From Planctomycetota bacterium (lineage in GTDB: Bacteria > Planctomycetota > UBA1135 > UBA2386): a stretch of 64,000 nucleotides of DNA. Within the stretch, counting starts at the first letter, position 1. The number at the start of each line of letters is the position of its first letter. Under the pieces are notes generated by a model. That model did not search any database. It was given only the letters and a program-made list of their open reading frames with translations, and had not been told where the DNA came from. Shown here one piece after another: positions 48,893-56,550 of the stretch. The DNA lies in NCBI GenBank assembly GCA_029936315.1, contig JAPYTD010000002.1, positions 30,459 through 94,458 on the forward strand, in the 5' to 3' direction. Made by a program: the position numbers and the translations under genes.

Positions 48893-49822
48893 ATGCGTGT
48901 CGTCGACTTCCATAGCCACTTGTTCGCCCGCCCGTTCTTCGAGGCGCTGGCTGCACAGAGTCCTCTCGCGGGGACTGTCGACGAAAAACTCGCGTCCGTC
49001 GTCGAGAGAACCGGTATCGAGTTGCCGTCGGCGGACATCGCAAGCCACACGAGGCGCTGGCTGGCGGAGCTTGACGCGAAGGGTGTCGACCACCTGGTGA
49101 CGTTCGCCAGCGCGCCGGAGGAGATTGCCGCGATCGCCCAGGCAACCGTGCTCGCCAACGGCCGCATCACCCCAATGGCCGTCTGCAACCCGCTCATCGA
49201 TGGTGCCGCGGCGAAGATCGATGTGCTGCTCACCGAGAAGGGCTTTCGTGGCGTGCTGCTGTTCCCAGCCATGCATCGCTATTCGCCCTCGGATGCCGCG
49301 TGCACGCCGCTATGGCAAGTGCTCGAACGCCACCGCGCGGTTGCGTATGTGCACTGTGGATTGCTGGTGGTGAAGCTGCGCGACCTGCTCGGGCTGCCGC
49401 GTGATTATGACTTGTGCCTGGCAAACCCACTGGCAGTCGTCCCGGCTGCCGGAGCGCATCCGGGCGTGACGTTCTGTATTCCCCACTTCGGCGCCGGGTT
49501 CCTGCGCGAGGTGCTTCTGGCGGGAGCACAGTGCGACAACATCGTGACGGACACGTCGTCCAGCCACTCGTGGCTCCGTACTCAGCCGAGCCCTATCAGC
49601 CTTCGCGACGTCTTCGCGCGCGCGCTCGACGTGTTTGGTCCGTCTCGCATCCTGTTCGGCACGGACTCGACCGTGTTTCCCGCGGGTTGGCGCGCCGAAC
49701 GCCTTGCCCAACAGCGCGAGATCCTGACCGAACTCGCGGTCACCGCGGACGACCAACAACGGATCTTCGCAGGCAACGCGGAAGTACTGGTGCGCGCGCC
49801 GCTCGGCCACGTGGGCGCGTGA
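48893..49822 (+). CDS. Amidohydrolase_2-family (TIM-barrel metal-dependent hydrolase)
   Basis: ATG at 48893 gives MRVVDFHSHLF..., the metal-binding HxH. ...HCG...IPHFGAG...LFGTDS. Confidence 0.8.
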   Translation: MRVVDFHSHLFARPFFEALAAQSPLAGTVDEKLASVVERTGIELPSADIASHTRRWLAELDAKGVDHLVTFASAPEEIAAIAQATVLANGRITPMAVCNPLIDGAAAKIDVLLTEKGFRGVLLFPAMHRYSPSDAACTPLWQVLERHRAVAYVHCGLLVVKLRDLLGLPRDYDLCLANPLAVVPAAGAHPGVTFCIPHFGAGFLREVLLAGAQCDNIVTDTSSSHSWLRTQPSPISLRDVFARALDVFGPSRILFGTDSTVFPAGWRAERLAQQREILTELAVTADDQQRIFAGNAEVLVRAPLGHVGA

Positions 49823-49962
49823 TTGGCGCAACGGGTCGCTGTGGATCGCGGCACTCGACCACACGACGTTTGCTACCAACGCCGCACTCGGCCGCGCCTT
49901 CTTCGGCGCAACGCCAGCGCACGTGCCGGTGCCGGGCTCTGCTGCAGTAGAATACCGGCATG

Positions 49963-49981
49963 TCCGGAAACAGGATCGCGC
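49963..49981 (+). repeat. Intercistronic hairpin motif, copy 1 (TCCGGAAACAGGATCGCGC)
   Basis: Lies 49 nt upstream of the yheU-like ATG. It can fold as UCCG-GAAA-C(A)GGA. Confidence 0.6.
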
Positions 49982-50029
49982 TTCGGCAGCGGCAGAATCC
50001 CGTCGACGGAACTCTCGTCGCCCGCCGCC

Positions 50030-50251
50030 ATGGAACCTGAATTGACGCCCGAATCCGGAATCAGAATTCCCTACGAGCAACTCCCTAGCGCCACTCTGCG
50101 TTCGATCATTGAGGAGTACGTCACCAGGGATGGAACCGAGATGACAGATTCAGCAGTCAAGATCGAATCCGTGCTTCGCCTGCTTGGCGAAGGCGAAGTA
50201 GAGGTGTGGTTCGACCCGGTGACGCAGACCTGCAACATCCTGCGGTGCTGA
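50030..50251 (+). CDS. YheU/UPF0270-family small protein
   Basis: MEPELTPESGIRIPYEQLPSATLRSIIEEYVTRDGTEMTD...VEVWFDPVTQTCNI follows the E. coli YheU layout ([27 protein letters not shown]...), recalled from memory. Confidence 0.7.
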   Translation: MEPELTPESGIRIPYEQLPSATLRSIIEEYVTRDGTEMTDSAVKIESVLRLLGEGEVEVWFDPVTQTCNILRC

Positions 50252-50281
50252 GGCCGTACTATCCGGAAACGGAATCGCGCC
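50252..50281 (+). repeat. Intercistronic hairpin motif, copy 2 (GGCCGTACTATCCGGAAACGGAATCGCGCC)
   Basis: Lies immediately after the yheU-like stop codon. It is 26/30 identical to copy 3 and can fold as UCCG-GAAA-CGGA. Confidence 0.6.
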
Positions 50282-50419
50282 TGCAACCGGCGATACGTTG
50301 CTTGGTGGCGCGCCCGACGAATCCGAAGTTCGATGGCGGCAGCAGCTTCCGGAGCCCAGATCGTGCGTCAGGTTCGCGCAGCGAAACACTAAGGTGCGTC
50401 GGTAGGCCGCACAAACGCA

Positions 50420-52078
50420 ATGCCGATCACGCCCATACACCGCATTCAGGGTCCCGGACTCTTCTCTCCCCTCGACGGTCAGACGGTGACAACACGTGGT
50501 GTGGTCATCGGAGTCTCGCGTAAGGGCTTCTTCATTCAGGATCCCGACGGCGACCCGAAGGAACCCGCGTCCCACGGGCTGTTCGTCTTCGAGCGCCGAC
50601 GCCGACCGCCCATTGGTAGCCTGGTCGAGGTCGGCGGCAAGGTCATCGACTACCAGTTGCACGCGAGTGCACGTCCGACGACGCAACTGGCCGAACGTTC
50701 GACGCGTGTGTTGTCCGAGCAGGGGCCACCCATCGAGCCCGTCTGGTTGACCGCCGAACGCGTGCTGATCGCGCCGGCGGCGCTCGCGCAACTGCTGAAC
50801 AATCTCGAGGGAATGTTGGTAGGGGTCCCCACCGGATCGACATTCGTCGCACCGAGCAATGCGTTTGGCGACTACGTAGTGTTGCCGCCGGATGCTGACC
50901 TGGTGCGCACCCAGCAAGGCGGTGTGCTGATCGATCCGCAGCACCCAGAACGGTGGCTGCCTGGTTTCCGCGTGCTCGACTACGGCGATGCGCCGATCGT
51001 CAACGTCGGTGCGCAGTTGCTCGAGCCCGTCGTGGGACCGCTCAATTTTCGCGTCGCCTCCTACCAGATTGCGGCAGCGGGTGCCGTGCGAGCCAACTCG
51101 ACGCCGGTCGCGACCGGCGCCACGAGTTTGCGTGACGAAGGTTCTCACGTCACCGTGCTGACGCTCAACGGCTTCAATCTCGATGTACAGAAGGAGCGTC
51201 CCGATCGCGTCAACGACCCGCGTCGAGACGTGGATGACGATGTCGGGGACCAGCGCTTTCTATCGCTCGGCAAGGCGATCGTGGCGGATGCACTGTGTCC
51301 ATCGATCGTGGCACTGCAGGAGATGCAGGATGATGACGGCGCGGAGTTGTCCGAGACGGTGTCGGCGAAGCGCACCTACGAGCGCTTGATTGCCGCGGTC
51401 CGGCGAGCGGGCGGCCCGACGTACAAGTGGGCCGACATCCCTCCCGTGGCCGGCGCGGATGGTGGCCAGCCGGGCGGCAACATTCGCAACGCGTTTTTGT
51501 ATAACCCTACCCGCGTGAAGTTGGTCGAGGGATCGCTGCGACTGCTCGGCGCCGATTCGCCGGCGTTCGAGGGATCGCGCAAGCCGCTGACGGCACGCTT
51601 CCGCTTGCTCGAGGGCAAAGGCGAGTTGGCATTGGTCAACGTGCACTTGGCGTCGAAGCGCCACCAGAACGGACTGTTCGCGCCGGAGCAACCTGGCTTT
51701 GATCCGCGCCTCGACATGCGCGTGCAGCAGGCCGAGGTCATCGGCGAACACCTCTTGCAGTTGCGTAACCAAGGCATCGACTACTACGTCACCGGTGACT
51801 TCAACGACTTCGAGTTCAGTGAGACTCTGCAAGCGCTGGTCGGTGACCACAGCCTCAACCTGGTCGAGGCTGTGCCTGAAGCGTTGCGTTTCGACTACAA
51901 CCACCGTGGCATGTCGCAAGCGTTGATGCACGGGGTGGTAGCCCGGCGGCAGGTCGTTGGTCGAACAGCGGAATACGAGATCCTGCACGCCAATGCACTG
52001 ACCGGCACGCGCCCAGGTCGCCAGAGTCGCAAGCCCAGCGACCACGGCTACGGCATCGCTCGGCTCGAACTCGACTAG
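50420..52078 (+). CDS. Endonuclease/exonuclease/phosphatase (EEP)-family protein with N-terminal OB-like domain
   Basis: IHRIQGPG..SPL.GQTVTTRGVV...GFFIQDP is typical of the N-terminal region of predicted extracellular nucleases. The C-terminal EEP pattern is LNGFNL...ALQEMQDD....NVHLASK...GDFND...SDHG. Confidence 0.83.
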   Translation: MPITPIHRIQGPGLFSPLDGQTVTTRGVVIGVSRKGFFIQDPDGDPKEPASHGLFVFERRRRPPIGSLVEVGGKVIDYQLHASARPTTQLAERSTRVLSEQGPPIEPVWLTAERVLIAPAALAQLLNNLEGMLVGVPTGSTFVAPSNAFGDYVVLPPDADLVRTQQGGVLIDPQHPERWLPGFRVLDYGDAPIVNVGAQLLEPVVGPLNFRVASYQIAAAGAVRANSTPVATGATSLRDEGSHVTVLTLNGFNLDVQKERPDRVNDPRRDVDDDVGDQRFLSLGKAIVADALCPSIVALQEMQDDDGAELSETVSAKRTYERLIAAVRRAGGPTYKWADIPPVAGADGGQPGGNIRNAFLYNPTRVKLVEGSLRLLGADSPAFEGSRKPLTARFRLLEGKGELALVNVHLASKRHQNGLFAPEQPGFDPRLDMRVQQAEVIGEHLLQLRNQGIDYYVTGDFNDFEFSETLQALVGDHSLNLVEAVPEALRFDYNHRGMSQALMHGVVARRQVVGRTAEYEILHANALTGTRPGRQSRKPSDHGYGIARLELD

Positions 52079-52260
52079 CAGTGCGTTTGAAAATCCCAGT
52101 TGCTACGCAACTCGGTAGCCGCAGCTCTTTGGTCAACAACGAGGTCGAAATGGCCAATTCGCGATCGAATCGCTTCGGCGAAATCTCGGCTACTGTGGGG
52201 CTCGCGTTCGAGTGCGATCAAAACAGCACAATCACACTCAAGAACGACTCAGGATCACAC

Positions 52261-52878
52261 ATGCACACACGCGCTGAAGCCATCATCGACTTCTGGTTCG
52301 GGCACCGCGACGACCTCGCCGGCCTACGCGATGGCGACAACAAGCTGGTCCTCTGGTGGAAGAAGGACCCTGTCGTCGACACCGAAATCCGCAACACGTT
52401 CGAAGCGGACCACCATGCCGCCGCACGCGGTGAGTTTGCAGACTGGGAGACGGAGCCCATCGCGGTCACCGGGCTCATCGTCTTGCTCGACCAAGTGCCT
52501 CGCAACATCTACCGCGAGACACCGCACTCATGGGCGACGGATGGCTTGGCACGTGGCGTCTGCCACCGGGCAATCGCGTCGGGTGTGCTGAGCACGATCC
52601 CCCTGAGCCTCAGGGTGTTCGCGGCCATGCCCCTTATGCACTCGGAGGACCTCGCGGATCACGAGGTTGGCGCCAAGGTTTTTGCAGACCTCCACGCCGA
52701 GGCCACAGAGAACCTCGGGGAGCTCGGCGGGAAGTTCGCGGGCAACGTCGACTTCATGGCGAAGCACACCGCGATCATCGAGCGGTTCGGGCGATACCCA
52801 CACCGCAACGCGGTGCTCGGACGCACGACGACAGACGAGGAGGCTATCTTCCTCGCCCAGCCCGGGTCATCGTTCTAG
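52261..52878 (+). CDS. DUF924-family protein
   Basis: ATG at 52261. IIDFWFG...LVLWWKKDP..D.EIR..F...LIVLLDQVPRNIYR...MPLMHSEDL...HTAIIERFGRYPHRNAVLGRTTTDEE. Confidence 0.85.
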   Translation: MHTRAEAIIDFWFGHRDDLAGLRDGDNKLVLWWKKDPVVDTEIRNTFEADHHAAARGEFADWETEPIAVTGLIVLLDQVPRNIYRETPHSWATDGLARGVCHRAIASGVLSTIPLSLRVFAAMPLMHSEDLADHEVGAKVFADLHAEATENLGELGGKFAGNVDFMAKHTAIIERFGRYPHRNAVLGRTTTDEEAIFLAQPGSSF

Positions 52879-52903
52879 GTCGTGTTGCATCGGCCGCGGT
52901 CGC

Positions 52904-52933
52904 GGCCGTGCTATCCGGAAACTGGATCGCGCT
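52904..52933 (+). repeat. Intercistronic hairpin motif, copy 3 (GGCCGTGCTATCCGGAAACTGGATCGCGCT)
   Basis: Lies 26 nt after the DUF924 stop and is preceded by the palindrome CGGCCGCGGTCGCGGCCG (52891-52908). Confidence 0.6.
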
Positions 52934-52977
52934 GGGTAGCGAGACCGCTCCGCATTGCCTCGAACGGGCTTCCGGTC

Positions 52978-53178
52978 TTAGTCGACCGGCTTCACTTCTT
53001 CAGCGCGCGGACCCTTCGGGCCCTCACCGAGCGTGAAGGTGACCTTCTGGCCTTCGCGCAAATCGTCGTAGCTAACGTCTACGACATTCGACATGTGGAA
53101 GAACATGTCTTCGCCCTTGCCGGTGTCGATGAATCCAAATCCTTTGTCCGTGAGTTTCTTGATCGTGCCTTCAGCCAT
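52978..53178 (-). CDS. csp: Cold-shock protein (CSD)
   Basis: ATG at 53178. MAEGTIKKLTDKGFGFIDTGKGEDMFFHMSNV carries the RNP1/RNP2 motifs (KGFGFI, FFH). Confidence 0.93.
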   Translation of the reverse strand: MAEGTIKKLTDKGFGFIDTGKGEDMFFHMSNVVDVSYDDLREGQKVTFTLGEGPKGPRAEEVKPVD

Positions 53179-53271
53179 AGTGGAGTCTCTTCTGTTTGGG
53201 GGTGTCCGGAAGTGGGGAACCGTAATCCGATCGCGCCGCAAACACGAGGATTCTGAAACTCTGCGGTGCGA

Positions 53272-53307
53272 TCCGAGACCTCCGAGAGCTCCGAGAGCAC
53301 CGAGAGG
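53272..53307. repeat. Four tandem 9-bp repeats ([T/A]CCGAGA[C/G][C/G]) upstream of csp
   Basis: tccgagacc tccgagagc tccgagagc accgagagg, lying 94-129 nt upstream of the csp ATG on the opposite strand reading. Confidence 0.75.
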
Positions 53308-53416
53308 AGCCCGCTCTGCGTGCGTCACAGCCTCGGGAGCCTAAGGACCAGGGCAAACGCCTCGCCATGGAGCTGCACCCCGGGGAGCAGCCGATCTTGC
53401 GATCGCTGACTCGGAA

Positions 53417-54496
53417 CTACGTCGCCGGGAGCCCTTCGATCGGGAAGCCTTGCTCCTGCCAACCGAGGATGCCGCCGCCGATATTCACCGGATGCGACGC
53501 GACGCCGAGGCGTTGCAGGGTCTTGGCGGCGGTCATCGAGCGCACCCCGGAGCGGCAGCTCAAGTAAAGTGGGTCGTGCCCGCGCAAGCGCGGCAAGTGG
53601 AATCCCAACTCGGACAGGGGGATGCTGGTCGTGCCAGGGATGCGGCCCGATTCGTACTCGTAGGGATCGCGCACATCGACCCACTGCTCGGGACCGCTAA
53701 GCCCCGCGTGGATCGTTTTGGCCTCGAACGGACCAATCTCCTCGATGGTGACTGCTGTGCTGCCGCCCGGGCTCGCGCAGCAAGCGGCGGCGTTGCCCGG
53801 AGACTCAGGCAGTTCCGGGGAGGCGTGCAAGTTCAGGACCAGGTTGGCGTCGACGGCCGGGGAGTTGCCCGCGCCGGGGCTGCAGTCGAGGCTCGCCGCG
53901 TAGGCGGCGCCATCCACGAAGCGCAAGCACGGGTTGAGTTCGCGCTCGCAGTCGATCGTGCTGAAGAGCAGGTCGTTGTAGCCGTGACCGGGCAGCACGA
54001 GGGTGTCCCCTGGCAAGTTCAGAAGCCGCGCGCGCACCGAGTTGTAGAGCAACTCCGCGTCACTGCCGACGAAGTCCGCGCGGGCCAAGCCGCCAATGAA
54101 GAGGCTGTCCCCGGTCACCACCAGCCCGTGGCCGAAGAGCGCGATGGAGTCCGGCGTGTGTCCGGGCACCTCGAGCACCTGAAAGCGCAGCTCGCCGACC
54201 GCGAGTTCTTGCCCGTGCTCGAGTCCCTTGAGCTCGCGTTTGACCTGGGTGCTCCCCGACATCCACAGTGGCACTCCGGCGCCCATGAACTTCGTCGCGG
54301 CCGAGAGATGGTCCGCATGGGTATGCGTATCGAGCACGGCGGCGAGCTCAAGCCCGTAGTGCTGCATCATCGACGTATAGATGCTCTCCCGGCCGACTTT
54401 GGGGTCGACGAGCAAGCAGGCGCGGGTCGCGGGGCAGCCAACCAGATAGGACTGGCAGCCGTCGCTCGAGATGATCTTGAGGATCGGGTGGGACAT
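53417..54496 (-). CDS. Metallo-beta-lactamase-fold persulfide dioxygenase (ETHE1-like) fused to a rhodanese domain
   Basis: DTHTHADH motif, ...VPGHTPDS... The C-terminal rhodanese has active-site loop YLSCRSGVRS. Confidence 0.9.
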   Translation of the reverse strand: MSHPILKIISSDGCQSYLVGCPATRACLLVDPKVGRESIYTSMMQHYGLELAAVLDTHTHADHLSAATKFMGAGVPLWMSGSTQVKRELKGLEHGQELAVGELRFQVLEVPGHTPDSIALFGHGLVVTGDSLFIGGLARADFVGSDAELLYNSVRARLLNLPGDTLVLPGHGYNDLLFSTIDCERELNPCLRFVDGAAYAASLDCSPGAGNSPAVDANLVLNLHASPELPESPGNAAACCASPGGSTAVTIEEIGPFEAKTIHAGLSGPEQWVDVRDPYEYESGRIPGTTSIPLSELGFHLPRLRGHDPLYLSCRSGVRSMTAAKTLQRLGVASHPVNIGGGILGWQEQGFPIEGLPAT

Positions 54497-54640
54497 CGTT
54501 GGCGGGATGCGCGAACGCGGAATGTGCAGTGGCGACGATAGCGATTCACGAACGCACGGCCCAGATGCGGTCGTTCTACCGCGCCCGGGCCCTTGTCGCT
54601 GGCGGATTGAGCAGGATCAGGCTTAGCGCTTGACCGGGAT

Positions 54641-55273
54641 CTAGACCGGCTGCGGCGTGACGCGCAGGTAGGGCTTGATCGTCTTGAAGCCCGCGGGGAA
54701 CTTCTTGCGCGCCTCCTCGTCAGTGACGGTGGGCACGATGATGACATCGCCCCCGGACTTCCAGTTGACCGGCGTCGCGACCTGGTGCACGGCGGTGAGT
54801 TGCAGGGAGTCGATGACCCGCAGGATCTCATCGAAGTTGCGGCCCGTAGATGCTGGGTAGGTGATCGTCAACTTGACCGTCTTGTCCGGCGCGATCAGGA
54901 AGACCGAGCGCACCGTGAAGGTGTTGTCGGCCTTCGGGTGGATCATGTCGTACATGTTGGCGACCTTCGAGTCGGGGTCAGCGATCAGGGGAAAGTTGAG
55001 CGCAACGCCCTGGGTCTCCTCGATGTCCTTGGACCAGCCCTCGTGGTCCTTGAGTGGATCGACCGAGAGGCCGATGATCTTCACGTTGCGCGCCTCGAAC
55101 TCGGGCTTCATGCGCGCCGCCATACCGAGTTCGGTGGTGCAGACGGGGGTGTAGTCTTTGGGATGGCTGAACAGGATGCCCCAGGAGTCACCCAACCACT
55201 TGTGGAATTGGATGGTGCCGTCGGTGGTTTCTGCGGTGAAGTCGGGAGCGATGTCTCCAAGTCGAATGGCCAT
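54641..55273 (-). CDS. 1-Cys peroxiredoxin (Prx6-type)
   Basis: ATG at 55273. MAIRLGDIAPDF...WGILFSHPKDYTPVCTTELG. The 221-codon upstream extension in the track is Arg/Pro-rich and not coding-like. Confidence 0.93.
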   Translation of the reverse strand: MAIRLGDIAPDFTAETTDGTIQFHKWLGDSWGILFSHPKDYTPVCTTELGMAARMKPEFEARNVKIIGLSVDPLKDHEGWSKDIEETQGVALNFPLIADPDSKVANMYDMIHPKADNTFTVRSVFLIAPDKTVKLTITYPASTGRNFDEILRVIDSLQLTAVHQVATPVNWKSGGDVIIVPTVTDEEARKKFPAGFKTIKPYLRVTPQPV

Positions 55274-55551
55274 TGCGATGTTCGTCGGTTCGTTGGTGAA
55301 GGGGTGCACGGGGTCCGGCACGTCCGGGGTCCGCAAGGGTGAGAAGGCGGACCCGTGGATTCTACTGCACAGGCCGCTGGAACCCAAAGCTGCTGCCTGC
55401 CGCGGTGGCGCGCGCTCACCCCCTCGACCACGCAGCTTGACGCCATGTGCAAATCGTGCCGGCGGGCCACATACCGGGGTCAACACCCCCAACGCGCCTT
55501 GCATGTCGAGGAGGATGGAATCTCGGCTACCCGACGCCAGACTGGGAACCA

Positions 55552-56391
55552 ATGATCCAGCTGGGACGATGCCAGGAACTCGATGTGATGCGACTTGTCG
55601 CAATCGGTGCAATTCTCGGTGATGAGACCGAGGAAGTGCTGCTGCCGCGCAAATACGTGCCGATGGACTTAGATGTCGGCGACTCCGTGCGTGTGTTCGT
55701 GCATACCGATTCCGATGATCGCCTGGTCGCAACCACACGGATGCCCAGCGCCACCTTGGGCAACGTCGCCGTAATGGAGGCCATCGACCGCACTCGTCAC
55801 GGCGCTTTCGTCGACTGGAATCTTGAGAAGGACCTCTTCGTGCCCGAGATCGAGCAGCATCAGGCGATGCAGGTCGGGTCGCGGTATGTCGTCGAAGTTC
55901 GGTGCGACAAACGCACGGATCGGCTGATTGGCTCAACGCGACTTGGCAGGTTCTTCGATCTCGAGATCGAGCACCTGCGCCCGGGACGAGAAGTGAAGCT
56001 GCTGGTGTGGTCGTTCAACGACCTTGGCGCCCAGGTCGTGGTCGACGATCACCACTCAGGCCTGATCTACTCCGCTGAGGTGCCACGCAACCTGCGAGTC
56101 GGCGACGCGCTGCAAGGCTACGTGCAACGCCTTCGCGACGACGGCAAGATCGACATCTCGCTGCGCAAGCTCGGCATGGCTGCCGGATTCGACGCCCAAA
56201 CGATGATCCTCGAAGCGCTTCGCGCGCGCGACGACGGCTTTCTGCCGTTGCACGACAAGAGTCCGCCGGCGGACATCGCCCACCACTTCGACCTGAGCAA
56301 GCGCGTGTTCAAAGCGGCGATCGGCGGGCTGTTCAGACGGGAACTCATCGAACTCCGGCGCGACGGCATTCGCCTGCGAACGTCTGATTGA
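55552..56391 (+). CDS. CvfB/YitL-family S1-domain RNA-binding protein
   Basis: ATG at 55552. Repeated S1-like units, ...HGAFVDWNLEKDLFVP..., and a C-terminal winged-helix-like end. Confidence 0.83.
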   Translation: MIQLGRCQELDVMRLVAIGAILGDETEEVLLPRKYVPMDLDVGDSVRVFVHTDSDDRLVATTRMPSATLGNVAVMEAIDRTRHGAFVDWNLEKDLFVPEIEQHQAMQVGSRYVVEVRCDKRTDRLIGSTRLGRFFDLEIEHLRPGREVKLLVWSFNDLGAQVVVDDHHSGLIYSAEVPRNLRVGDALQGYVQRLRDDGKIDISLRKLGMAAGFDAQTMILEALRARDDGFLPLHDKSPPADIAHHFDLSKRVFKAAIGGLFRRELIELRRDGIRLRTSD

Positions 56392-56550
56392 GACTGGCCG
56401 CGCGGATGTAGATGTGACCAGAACCGAATCTACCTAAGCGATGGCACTCCTGGCGACACCGTGCATGGGGCCTCCCGACCAGCGACTCAGCGCACTGCTA
56501 CGCAGCTACCGTCGTTCGGCCTGACGGCCTGGTTCCTCTCTGAGATCTGC

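Noticed and set aside
48806-50251. Amidohydrolase ORF, TGA at 49820-49822 and the yheU-like ORF are all in one frame; considered as a second stop-codon recoding event
   Set aside because: The 69 intervening codons are Arg/Pro-rich and non-coding-like. I saw no hairpin close after the TGA. The YheU-like domain has its own ATG (50030), and the spacer contains a copy of the intercistronic motif. A same-frame arrangement has a 1-in-3 chance expectation.
55274-55936. 221-codon extension of the peroxiredoxin ORF; similar extensions exist for DPP-IV (9249..9644), cold-shock (53179..53328), DUF924 (52081..52260), aldehyde dehydrogenase (9264..9464), GntR (10885..11061) and others
   Set aside because: The extensions are Arg/Pro/Ser-rich and overlap neighbouring genes or divergent promoters. 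The conserved family N-termini start at internal ATG/GTG codons.
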